From the human T2T-CHM13v2.0 reference genome, Homo sapiens, in assembly GCF_009914755.1 (NCBI RefSeq), contig NC_060945.1: 64,000 bases of DNA, one strand, 5' to 3'. The stretch's first letter is position 1, and each line of letters starts with the position of its first letter. Shown in pieces: positions 37,801 to 56,964 of this stretch. The position numbers and the translations under genes were made by a program. A model generated the notes under the pieces. The model ran no database searches. It was not told the origin of the DNA and saw nothing but the letters and a program-made list of their open reading frames with translations.

Positions 37801-40105
37801 GTTAGCCTGACCCATGCCCGGGACTCAGTGGGGACAGCCACACAAGTTAGACTCTAGATTAAATTCCTCCCGCGGTTAGCCTGACCCGTGCCCGGGACTC
37901 AGTGGAGTCAGCCACACAAGTTAAACTCTAGATTAAATTCCTCCCGCGGTTAGCCTGACCCATGCCCGGGACTCAGTGGAGTCAGCCACGCAAGTTAGAC
38001 TCTAGATTAAATTCCTCCCGCGGTTAGCCTGACCCGTGCCCGGGACTCAGTGGAGTCAGCCACACAAGTTAGACTCTAGATTAAATTCCTCCCGCGGTTA
38101 GCCTGACCCATGCCCGGGACTCAGTGGAGTCAGCCACGCAAGTTAGACTCTAGATTAAATTCCTCCCGCGGTTAGCCTGACCCGTGCCCGGGACTCAGTG
38201 GAGTCAGCCACACAAGTTAAACTCTAGATTAAATTCCTCCCGCGGTTAGCCTGACCCGTGCCCGGGACTCAGTGGGGACAGCCACACAAGTTAAACTCTA
38301 GATTAAATTCCTCCCGCGGTTAGCCTGACCCATGCCCGGGACTCAGTGGAGTCAGCCACGCAAGTTAGACTCTAGATTAAATTCCTCCCGCGGTTAGCCT
38401 GACCCGTGCCCGGGACTCAGTGGAGTCAGCCACACAAGTTAAACTCTAGATTAAATTCCTCCCGCGGTTAGCCTGACCCATGCCCGGGACTCAGTGGAGT
38501 CAGCCACACAAGTTAAACTCTAGATTAAATTCCTCCCGCGGTTAGCCTGACCCGTGCCCGGGACTCAGTGGAGTCAGCCACACAAGTTAGACTCTAGATT
38601 AAATTCCTCCCGCGGTTAGCCTGACCCATGCCCGGGACTCAGTGGAGTCAGCCACACAAGTTAGACTCTAGATTAAATTCCTCCCGCGGTTAGCCTGACC
38701 CATGCCCGGGACTCAGTGGAGTCAGCCACGCAAGTTAGACTCTAGATTAAATTCCTCCCGCGGTTAGCCTGACCCGTGCCCGGGACTCAGTGGAGTCAGC
38801 CACACAAGTTAAACTCTAGATTAAATTCCTCCCGCGGTTAGCCTGACCCGTGCCCGGGACTCAGTGGGGACAGCCACGCAAGTTAGACTCTAGATTAAAT
38901 TCCTCCCGCGGTTAGCCTGACCCGTGCCCGGGACTCAGTGGGGACAGCCACGCAAGTTAAACTCTAGATTAAATTCCTCCCGCGGTTAGCCTGACCCGTG
39001 CCCGGGACTCAGTGGAGTCAGCCACACAAGTTAGACTCTAGATTAAATTCCTCCCGCGGTTAGCCTGACCCGTGCCCGGGACTCAGTGGAGTCAGCCACA
39101 CAAGTTAGACTCTAGATTAAATTCCTCCCGCGGTTAGCCTGACCCATGCCCGGGACTCAGTGGGGACAGCCACGCAAGTTAGACTCTAGATTAAATTCCT
39201 CCCGCGGTTAGCCTGACCCGTGCCCGGGACTCAGTGGGGACAGCCACGCAAGTTAAACTCTAGATTAAATTCCTCCCGCGGTTAGCCTGACCCATGCCCG
39301 GGACTCAGTGGGGACAGCCACACAAGTTAAACTCTAGATTAAATTCCTCCCGCGGTTAGCCTGACCCGTGCCCGGGACTCAGTGGAGTCAGCCACGCAAG
39401 TTAGACTCTAGATTAAATTCCTCCCGCGGTTAGCCTGACCCGTGCCCGGGACTCAGTGGGGACAGCCACACAAGTTAGACTCTAGATTAAATTCCTCCCG
39501 CGGTTAGCCTGACCCGTGCCCGGGACTCAGTGGAGTCAGCCACGCAAGTTAGACTCTAGATTAAATTCCTCCCGCGGTTAGCCTGACCCGTGCCCGGGAC
39601 TCAGTGGGGACAGCCACGCAAGTTAGACTCTAGATTAAATTCCTCCCGCGGTTAGCCTGACCCGTGCCCGGGACTCAGTGGAGTCAGCCACGCAAGTTAG
39701 ACTCTAGATTAAATTCCTCCCGCGGTTAGCCTGACCCGTGCCCCGGACTCAGTGGGGACAGCCACGCAAGTTAAACTCTAGATTAAATTCCTCCCGTGGT
39801 TAGCCTGACCCGTGCCCGGGACTCAGTGGGGACAGCCACGCAAGTTAGACTCTAGATTAAATTCCTCCCGCGGTTAGCCTGACCCGTGCCCGGGACTCAG
39901 TGGAGTCAGCCACGCAAGTTAGACTCTAGATTAAATTCCTCCCGCGGTTAGCCTGACCCGTGCCCGGAAGTGAGTGGAGTCGGCCACGCAAGTTAGACTC
40001 TAGATTAAATTCCTCCCGCGGTTAGCCTGACCCATGCCCGGGACTCGGTGGAATCAGCCACCCCAGACCTCTCTCACTGTTATCATTTTTGCACAGGTGG
40101 TTTCA
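34898..40105 (-). mobile_element. Solo LTR8-family (ERV1) LTR hosting the 74-bp minisatellite
   Basis: TG...CA termini (tgtaatccacctatgggttcttcctgccc... and ...tttgcacaggtggtttca) match the recalled reverse complement of LTR8/LTR8A ends; near-TSD tcag/gcag. Confidence 0.75.
35550..40061. repeat. 74-bp minisatellite (VNTR), 61 copies
   Basis: Unit AAGTTA(A/G)ACTCTAGATTAAATTCCTCCCG(C/T)GGTTAGCCTGACCC(G/A)TGCCCGGGACTCAGTGG(AGT/GGA)CAGCCAC(A/G)C; first unit at 35550, last at 39990 (4440 = 60 x 74). Confidence 0.98.
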
Positions 40106-41520
40106 GCAGCTTGATGCCAAAAAAAATAAAAAAGGAAAAGTATTCTGAAAAGCCATGTATGAGTGAATCATACTTAACTTGGCCTCCTTTGGCTGCACAG
40201 CCATGCCCTGAATCGCCCTTGTGGATCCAAGTGCATCCGTGTGGCTTGAGGCAGAGCTTCCCAGCCAGACCCAGTGTGAAAGGATGGGACGGCCACACAG
40301 GAACCTGGGCCCCAACTGCTCCCTCCAGACCTGGGTGGGACTTGCCCGCCATGCACACCCTGCTGGGGAAGAGGGAGTTTCTGAGAGTGACAGGAAGTGG
40401 CCCAGCCGGAGATTCAGCCCTGGGATCTCTGTGGCCAGCAACTGTGGGCGGGGGGGTATGTGGACATCTGCTTCCATTTTCCCCAAACCTAAGATTCTGT
40501 TCCCTGGTCTTCCCCTGGCATTTCTTCCTCGGGCCCAGAGCCCTCTCCTTGGGGCTCCCTATTACCCTGAGGGGAGGGCCAGCCCACCAGCCCAGGACCC
40601 CATCCTCATAGCCACAGGCCAGGCCAGCTCTGCTCAGGGCTGGCTCTCAGTTGCACTCTCCATCTACCCTGCCTTGTCCTCCATGTCTCCAGGCACCTCC
40701 CGCCAGCCCCAAGGATACCCACCTCCCAGACCTCCCTCCTCCCTCCACCCAAACCCCAGGGGAGTGCTACCCCTATGGCCCATGTGGCTCCATAAACCCC
40801 CTTGGTGCTGTGCCTGCTCAGGGTCCACAGGCCCTCCCTCCTCTTCCTCCTCCTCCTCCTCTTCCCCCAGCTCTGGGCTCCATCCGGGTGCCCCTCCCCT
40901 GTGGGCTTTAATCCAGCCCTCTCTCCAGGGGGACATGGCGACTGTGGGTCTTCCTGACTCACCAGCAGCTGCACCTCCCTCCGCCTCCGCCTTCATACCT
41001 CTCCCCCACTCCCTGTGCTGCCTGTGCCCCAAAGCTTTACCCAGAGTGTTCAGTAAAATCAGGGGCCACCGGAGGCCCCATCCTCTGACTGGGGGTTGGA
41101 CCTGGGGTGTGGGCTGTGCGCTTGCCTCGTCCCTCTTAGGGCAGGGAGGCCACCCCTGGCCGGTGCCCCACTGCCCCACCACCCCGTGGCACCCACCCCT
41201 CCCCACTTCTTCATATTCCATCCCCCCTTGCCCATTGCTCCTGCGGCTGGGCAGTTCCATCCTGGGGGCCCCTCCCCAGCACAGTGCTGGCCCAGACAGC
41301 AATCCACGTTGACTAAAGACTCTCAAAGGGGCTTGCTTGCTTTCCATTTTAGATGGAAGGGAACTGAAGCTGAGTGCCTGTAATTCCTGCCCAGGGGTCT
41401 CACAGCAACCCTGGGGTCCTGCAGCCACATACCAAGAGCAGCCTGTGGCCCTGGGGTGGCCCTGAAGGGGCAGGTTCCTGTGGGGTCATCCTCTGAGCCG
41501 GTTTAAAATTATTCTGACAG

Positions 41521-41589
41521 GTGACGGCCACCCACGGACTCTGTCACTTGCTGGGATTCACACACGGCACGGAGGCAGAGTGGCAGCAG
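41521..41589 (+). CDS. YBEY: YBEY exon 4 (metal-binding HxxxHxxxxxH)
   Basis: gacag|[23 protein letters not shown]|gtaagg; the HGxxHLxGxxH YbeY signature; 69 nt. Confidence 0.97.
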
Positions 41590-42071
41590 GTAAGGAGCCC
41601 ATCCATCCCACTACCGAGGGGGTGCGTGGGGGAAGGAGGCTCCCCCAGGCCCCTGCCAGCCCCCACCCTCCATCCTGACCGCCCCCGCAGGAACTGGACC
41701 TCAGACCTGCCCTTGTAAAAATGACACAGATGTTTGCTTTCAACACCGGGCTCCCCTAATACTTCCAGCTGAATGTGTTCACTAAGGAAAGCGGTCTGAG
41801 TGCAGAGGCCGAGAGCCACAGCTGACACTAGCAAGTGGCGCTTGGTCAAAAAGGTCCAATCAGCTAGAGACTAGGCCAGACCCAGGGCGGAGGCGGGAGC
41901 TCTGCGTGGAGTGAGTTCCGGGTTGGTTTCCTCCAGACCCATGCGCTCCGCCTACGGAGGCCCACGTGGGCTCCGGTCCACATGGTTAACAGGCACACAA
42001 GCCCGTGTTGGGAGCAAACTGCTTCTCTGAAAGTCATGAAAAACCTTTTTCATTAAAAAAAGAAAAAGTTT

Positions 42072-42683
<612 letters not shown>

Positions 42684-42898
42684 TTATTCTCCCGGCCTGT
42701 GGCGGTTCGTGCACTCGCTGAGCTCAGGTTCTGGTGAAGGTGCCCGGAGCCGGGTCCCGCCCTTCGGCCTGAGCTAGAGCCGCGCGGGCGGCCGGGTTCC
42801 CCCAAACCCTGTGGGAGGGGCATCCCGAGGAGGCGACCCCAGAGAGTGGGGCGCGGACACCTTCCCTGGGGAGGGCCAGCGCGCTTCCTTCCTTCCAG

Positions 42899-42994
42899 AT
42901 GTTCCAGAAGGAGAAGGCGGTGCTGGACGAGCTGGGCCGACGCACGGGGACCCGGCTGCAGCCCCTGACCCGGGGCCTCTTCGGAGGGAGCTGA
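42899..42994 (+). CDS. YBEY: YBEY exon 5 (last coding exon)
   Basis: ttccag|MFQKEKAVLDELGRRTGTRLQPLTRGLFGGS*; total 70+43+23+31 = 167 aa. Confidence 0.96.
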   Translation: MFQKEKAVLDELGRRTGTRLQPLTRGLFGGS

Positions 42995-43062
42995 GGGCCG
43001 CGTTCCTTCTGAAAGCGGGACGCGGGAGGGGTGGAGGCTGCGGGGAGCCGGGGTCGCACACA

Positions 43063-43146
43063 AATAAATAACGAATGAACGTACGAGGGGAACCTCCTCT
43101 TATTTCCTTCACGTTGCATCGGGTATTTTTCATTATTGTAAATAAA
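43063..43146 (+). terminator. YBEY: YBEY polyadenylation signals
   Basis: AATAAA at 43063-43068 and 43141-43146, downstream of the stop codon. Confidence 0.7.
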
Positions 43147-43791
43147 ACGGTTCCGAGCCGTGGCATCGAGAGGGCGTCTGGAGTTCAGGGAACGCGTGGC
43201 CCCCGCCCGGGAGCACCGCGCAGCGCTCGCCTCTCGCCCTTCAAGGGGGTCCCTGCCCGGAGCCTGCGCCCCCGGAGAGGAAGGGGCTCGAGGGGCTTGG
43301 GTGCCGCAGCGCGTCCTTCCGTAGAAAAGGCTTGCGTCAGTATTTCCTGCTTTACCTCCTGAGTATTGGAATATTCGAGTAAACCCTGGAGTTTCAGCGC
43401 CAGCGCACGCCTCTTCATCAGGGCAGCGCGTCGCGAGCGCGCTGGTTCCCCGGGGCCTCCCGGCCACGGACACCGCTCTAGCCAGGGCCACGGCGAGGCC
43501 GCCGAGCAGCACCTCAGAGACCTGCGTGAGTTCTAAAGCCTGGGGCTACTACAATTCTGCTCATCTGTTTGTCCTGTGAAATGATTCAGGGACATGAAAA
43601 TGCCTTCCCACTGGACTTGCGTCCTGTCTTAGCCTGGACTTGTCCCCTTGGGAACACGGGCCAGGCCCCTCTGTTCCTGAAGTCGCTGCACCACCGCGCC
43701 CTTCGGTGAAGAGCGTTCTGTTTACTGTGAGACATAGCTTCATGTCGAAAAAGTACTCGTGAAAACAGAAAATGGAGTCAGCTTTAATCCA

Positions 43792-46820
<3,029 letters not shown>

Positions 46821-47002
46821 CCCTACTTCTTTAGTGGGAGTCTGTGCCACAGCTGTGGCACACAGGTGTCCCTAGTTATTAAATTAGACTTTGTGGTATT
46901 TTCCCCATCAGGATGTTCACACTTCCATGTGGCTAAAGCTATTGATCTTTTCTGTTCTGGCTCCTGAGCTGAGATTTTCTTAAACTCTTTCTGGATGAAA
47001 TC

Positions 47003-47008
47003 TTTATT
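47003..47008 (-). terminator. C21orf58: C21orf58 proximal polyadenylation signal
   Basis: TTTATT on the + strand = AATAAA on the - strand, about 375 nt past the stop codon. Confidence 0.6.
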
Positions 47009-47380
47009 TCATCAGGCTGGTGGCGTCCACGGCCTCAACTTTACCTCCGTGATGGAAGAGGGGGATCTGAGGCTCCCAGGTGGGCCGGCGCCGCCCTACA
47101 GGAAAGGAGGGGTCCCTGGGAGGGGCTGCTGCCCTGGTGGGGTTCACAGGCCCCTCACTGCAGGGGACCCGGAGCAAGGGATGCCCCCTGGAATGGCCCC
47201 GTGACCGGAAAGCGAGCCTGCCCAGCTTCCCCAGGAGGAGCCTGCAGTCCACACTCGCGTAGCCACTCCGGGTGGTGGCAGGGTCTCTCCCTGCTCCCTT
47301 CCATAGTCCCGCCACAGCCCACAGCCCTGAGGAAGCCTGGGGGTGGAGGGTGCCCCGGCCAGGGTCTCTGTGACTCACAC

Positions 47381-47605
<225 letters not shown>

Positions 47606-47785
47606 CTAACTGGGGCTGGATCCCATGTGATAGGCAGGATGGCAGGGTCTAAGCATCCTCCCAGAGGAGGCTCCTCCCCCGCCCCAAATTGTGCAACCCA
47701 TTCCTCATCTGGGCTGGGACTCGATGGGGATGGGAGCTTCACAGCCAGACTGTAGACCTGAGCCAGGAATGCCCTTTCAGAGCTA

Positions 47786-48004
<219 letters not shown>

Positions 48005-48049
48005 CTATTTGTTAAAGTGATAGAGCATTATAGGACCAGAGAACACGTG

Positions 48050-48336
48050 TGTCTGTACACTGTGCAGGTCCCCGGGGCAGGCTCTGAGTCCGTCTGCACA
48101 CGGTGCGGGTCCCCGGGGCGCGCCCTGAGCCCGTCTGCACACGGTGCGGGTCCCCGGGGCGCGCCCTGAGCCCGTCTGCACACGGTGCGGGTCCCCGGGG
48201 CGCGCCCTGAGCCCGTCTGCACACGGTGCGGGTCCCCGGGGCGCGCCCTGAGCCCGTCTGCACACGGTGCGGGTCCCCGGGGCGCGCCCTGAGCCCGTCT
48301 GTACACGGTGCGGGTCCCCGGGGCGCGCCCTGAGTC
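48050..48336. repeat. 41-bp CpG-rich minisatellite, 7 copies
   Basis: CGTCTGCACACGGTGCGGGTCCCCGGGGCGCGCCCTGAGCC at 48091, 48132, 48173, 48214, 48255 and 48296, plus a degenerate copy at 48050. Confidence 0.95.
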
Positions 48337-49014
48337 TCTACTAAAAATACAAAAATTAGCCAGGCGTGGTGGTTCAAGCCTGTAATCCCAGCTCCTTGGG
48401 AGGCTGAGGCAGGAGAATCGCTTGAACTCAAGAGGCAGAGCTTGCGGTGAGCCAAGATCGCGCCACTGTACTCCAGCCTGGGCAACCAGGGCGAAACTCC
48501 GTCTCAAGAAAAAAAAAAAATTAAAACATCTAAGCCAGTTGTAGTGGTGCACGCCTGTAGTCCCAGCTACTCAGGAGGCTGAGGCAGGAGGATCACTTGA
48601 GCCCAGGAGTTCGAGGCTGTAGTGAGCCATGATCATGCCCCTGCACTCTAGCCTGGGTAACAGAGCAAGATACTATCTCCCCAGAAAATAAATAATAAAA
48701 TATCTGTTCATCTACAGACACCATGAAGAGAGTGAAAAGGCAACCACAAGAAGGATGGAACACTCAAAATGCACATATCAAAAAAGGGCTCATTACAGAA
48801 ATTATAAAGAATCCCTAGAAACCAATAAGGGAGGCAGGCAACCTGAAAGAAAAATGGGCAAATTACTTAAATGGACACTTTACAAAAAAGGATATTCAAG
48901 TAGCCAATAAGGCCAGGCACGGTGGCTCATGCCTGTGATGCTCGCACTTTGGGAGACCGAGACAGGAGAAGTCCTTGAGACCAGGAGCTGACACCAGTCA
49001 TAGCAAGACCTCAT

Positions 49015-49017
<3 letters not shown>

Positions 49018-49049
<32 letters not shown>

Positions 49050-49052
49050 ATA

Positions 49053-49104
<52 letters not shown>
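49018..49104. repeat. Compound (CA)n(TA)n(T)n microsatellite
   Basis: Directly visible at an Alu tail / target-site junction. Confidence 0.9.
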
Positions 49105-49105
<1 letters not shown>

Positions 49106-50624
49106 GAGACAGAGTCTTGCTCTGTCGCCGAGGCTGGAGTGCAGTGGTGCGATCTCGACTCACTGCAAGCTCCGCCTCCTGGGTTCACGCCATTCTCCTG
49201 CCTCAGCCTCCTGAGTAGCTGGGACTACAGGTGCCCGCCACTGCGCCCGGCTAATTTTTTGTATTTTTTGTAGAGATGGGGTTTCACCGTGTTAGCCAGG
49301 ATGGTCTCGATCTCCTGACCTCATGATCCACCTGCCTTGGCTTCCCAAAGTGCTGGTTTTTTTTTTTTTTTTTTTTTTTTGAGACGGAGTCTCACTGTGT
49401 CGCCCAGGCTGGAGTGCAGTGGTGCAATCTTGGCTCACTGCAAGCTCTGCCTCCCAGGTTCATGCCATTCTCCCACCTTAGCCTCCTGAGTAGCTGGGAC
49501 TACAAGCACCCGCCACCACGCCCGGCTAATTTTGTTTTTGTATTTTTAGTAGAGATGGGGTTTCACTGTGTTAGCCAGGATGGTCTGGAACTCCTGACCT
49601 CATGATCTGCCCGCCTCGGCCTCCCAAAGTGATGGGATTACAGGCGTGAGCCACTGCGCCTGCCCTACACAAAATTTTTCAAATTAGTTGACTGTGCCTG
49701 TAGTCCCAGCTACTTGGGAGGCTGAGGTGGGAGGAGTGCTTGAGCCCAGAAGTTGAGGCTGCAGCGAGGTATGATTGCACCACTGCACTCCAGCCTGGGC
49801 AATGGAGTGAGACCCTGTCTCTTAGAAAAAAAAAAACCTCAAAAAACAAAAACAAATGGCCAATAAATATATGAAAAAGTGAAATGCAAATTAAACCAGA
49901 ATGAACTTCCATAAGATGCCCACCACGCTGGCAAAAATGAAAAGTGTGAAAATGCCAAGTGTTGGTGAAGTGCTCTGGCGACTGAAATTCTCATTCATGT
50001 ATGTGGAGTGTAAATGGGCACAAACCTTTTGAGAGACTGTGTGGCTGTATTTCCTGACACAGCCATTTCAGTCCTAGGCATGCGTTCCATTAGAGGGCAA
50101 AAAGGACTGTGCAGATGTAAGCCCGGAATCTTGAGCGGGGACGGAAGCAACCCAAGTGTACATCAGTAGATAGATAAATGGAGGCAGAAATGTGGTCTAT
50201 CCATACAATGGACTGTTACTCATCTGTGACCTGCTGCAATGTGGGTGATCCTTGAGGACATCACACTAAGCGAAATAAGCCAGTCACACAAAGACAAATA
50301 CTGTGTGGCTCCACTCACAGGACACAGCGAACACAGTCAGACTCATAGAAACAGAACACAGGACGGTGGTTGCCAGGCACTGGCAGGTGGGGATGATGTA
50401 GTCACACAAAGACAGATACTGTACGGCTCCATTCATCTGACACATCGAACACAGTCAAACTCGTAGAAACAGAACAGAGGAAGGTGGTTGCCAGGCACTG
50501 ACGGGAGGGGGTGACGTAGTCCGACGGGTGGAGTCTGAGATTTGCAAGATAAAAATGTTCTGCGGCACAGCAGTGACTACAGTTAACGCTACTGAACTTT
50601 GCACTTAAGTGGTCACAATGGTAA

Positions 50625-50966
<342 letters not shown>

Positions 50967-51087
50967 TAAATTAACTTTTAAAAAAAGAATCTTGGCCAGG
51001 CGCGGTGGCTCACGCCTGTAATCCCAGAACTTTGGGAGGCTGAGGTGGGCGGATCATGAGGTTAGAAGATCGAGACCATCCTGGCTA

Positions 51088-51273
<186 letters not shown>

Positions 51274-51580
51274 TCAAAAAAAAAAAGAAAAGAATCTTGA
51301 GTGCTGGGTGCTATAATCCCAGCTACTTGGGAGGCTGAGGTGGGAGGATCGCTTGAGGCCAGGAGTTTTGGACCTGCCTTAGGTGATATAGCAACACTGT
51401 GACTCAAAAAAAAAAAAAAAGACTCATGAGATGGGAATATAATCCTGGATTATCTGGGCAAGCCCAGTGCAATCACAGGGTCCTTAGAAAGTGGTGAGAT
51501 AAAATGACTGTCAATCTAGATTTGAATATGCAGCAAAACTTGCATTTAAAAATAAAGGTAGGGCCGGGCATGGTGGCTCA

Positions 51581-51883
<303 letters not shown>

Positions 51884-51941
51884 TCAGTATCTACTTTCCT
51901 GCAAATGTTTTTTATTTCCATTTATTTATGTATTTATTTAG

Positions 51942-52573
<632 letters not shown>

Positions 52574-53296
52574 TAGGCTCAAGCGATCTTCCTGCTTCAG
52601 CCTCCCAAAGTGCTGGGATGACAGGCATGAGCCACTGTGCTGGCCGTTAACCACTGATTTTAAATGCTGCATTTTCTCTCATATGGCATACAAGCATAGG
52701 CACACACTCACCCATTCACACACACCCCTACCTCGGTATGCTTTTTAGAACCTATGGCATACAAGCATAGGCACACACACACCCACACACACACCCCTAC
52801 CTCAGTGTGCTTTTTAGCACCTAACAGACTATCACTAAACTTCATCTGGAAAAATCGACAGGTAATAAGGAAAGACAGGACTACCCTTCTTTATGATGGC
52901 ACAAGCTATGCTCTCTGCCACTCCAGGGGCTCCTCATATGGATCACAATAGGAAAGGTATCCCCTGGATGTGGGTTACATGGCCGTCCTGGGCCAGATCT
53001 GGCTTGGATTGCAATATATGATAGAGCTACAGTAATTAACCAAGTCAGCACAGGGGTTGGGATAGGCAGGTCACTGGGACAGATTTGAGGACAGCTGTCA
53101 GGTGATTCAGCCATTCTACACACGTCTGCCCCTAGACTACCAATTCCATTAGTCATTAGGGCAATGCAAATCAAAGCCACAATCAACCACCACTGCATCC
53201 TGTTAAAATGGATAAAATGAGAAAGACTGACCATACCACATGTTGCCAAGGTTGTAAATAACTAGAACTCACAAACATTACTAGTGAGAATATTAA

Positions 53297-53491
<195 letters not shown>

Positions 53492-53534
53492 TGATTTAAC
53501 TTTTAAGAAACTGCTGCCCAGGCGCGGTGGCTCA

Positions 53535-54858
<1,324 letters not shown>

Positions 54859-55519
54859 ATCCACCAACAGGTGAATGCATAACAAACTGATATATTCACA
54901 CAATGCAATACTACTCAGCAATTAGAAGGAACCATTTATTGATACACCCAACGACAGTGATGAATCTTAAAACAGTCATGCTGAGAGAAGCCATACAAAA
55001 AAAGAGTACATACTGTGTAGACCATTTCTACAAAAATCTAGAAAATGCAGGCCAGGCATGGTGGCCCACGCCTATAATCCCAGCACTTTGGGAGGCTGAG
55101 GTGGGTGGATCATGAGGTCAGGAGTTCAAGACCAGCCTGGCCAAGATGGTGAAACCCCGTCTCTATTAAAAATACAAAAAATTAGCAGGGCGTGGTGGCG
55201 GGTACCTGTAATCCCCAGCTACTCCAGAGGCTGAGGCAGAGAATTGCTTAAACCTGGAGGGGCAGAGGTTGCAGTGAGCCGAGATCACGCCACTGCACTC
55301 CAGCCTAGGCGACAGGCAAGACTCTGTCTCAAAAATAAAATAAAATAAAATAAAATAATCTAGAAAATTCAAACTACTACATAGTGACGGAAAGCTGCTC
55401 AGCAGTTGCATGGGGGTGTAGGAGGAGGGATTAAAAAGAAACACGAGGAAACTTTGGAGGTGATGGATATGCTCAGTCTTGATTGTAGTGATATAAGTAT
55501 ATGTTATATGTATATGTTA

Positions 55520-55810
<291 letters not shown>

Positions 55811-56743
55811 TCAGAACAAAAAAAATAAAAATAAAAAAAAAAAACAAAACTTGTCAAATTGGGCCGGGCACAGTGGCAAACGCCTATAATCCCAGCACTT
55901 TGAGAGGCTGAGGTGGGCGGATCACCTGAGGTTGGGAGTTCAAGACCAGCCTGGCCAAAATGGCGAAAACCCACCTCTACTGAAAATACAAAAATTAGCA
56001 AAGCATGGTGGTGCAGGCCTACAGTTCCAGCCACTTGGGAGGCTGAGGCAGGAGAAGTCGCTTGAACCCAGGAGGCAGAGGTTGCAATGAGCTGAGATCA
56101 TGCCATTGTATTCCAGCCTGGGCAACAAAGTAAGACACTCTCTCTCTCTCTCTCTAAATAAATAAATAAATAAATTTTAAAAATCAAGTATTTAAAAGCT
56201 ATTATTATTATTATTATTTTTGAGACAGAGTCTCACTCTGTCGCCCAGGATGGAGTAAAGTTGTGCATTCTTGGCTCACACTGCAACCTCCGCCTCCCAG
56301 GTTCAAGCAATTTCTCCTGCCTCAGCCTCCCAAGTAGCTGGGATTACAGGCATCCATCACCATGGTGAGCTGGTTTTTGTATTTTTAGTAGAGATGGGGT
56401 TTCACCCTGTGGGCCAGGCTGGTCTCGAACTCTTGACCTCAGGTAATCCACCCGCCTCAGCCTCCCAGTGTTGGGATTACAAGCGTGAGCCACCGAGCCG
56501 GGCCCTAAAAATTATTTTAAAAGAAGCATCTTAATAATGGTTTTTGAATGGATGATGATTGGATGAGTTGGAATTGGAGCCCAATTATTTTACCTCCTAG
56601 TTATCTTTCTTATACCTCTTGTTTCCTTCCCTGTGAGATATCATTTATATAAGGATTTCTTAAAGTTAAAATTATTTTCATGTTGAACAGCCAAAAGCTG
56701 GCCCTAAGTGACTGTCCTGCTTCCAGGAACATTTTCCCTTTCA

Positions 56744-56902
<159 letters not shown>

Positions 56903-56964
56903 CTAGGAACAGCCAGGTGATTAGCTATCTGCATATGTCCTTGAAGAAAGTGTCTCCAGTATCT

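Noticed and set aside
35550-40061. CRISPR-like array
   Set aside because: Units are head-to-tail with no unique spacers, there are no cas genes, and the context is a human intron; it is a minisatellite.
40221-41428. 363-aa (+) and 254-aa (-) ORFs in YBEY intron 3
   Set aside because: Low-complexity Pro/Ser/Gly sequence from GC-skewed DNA, with no recognisable domain or splice support.
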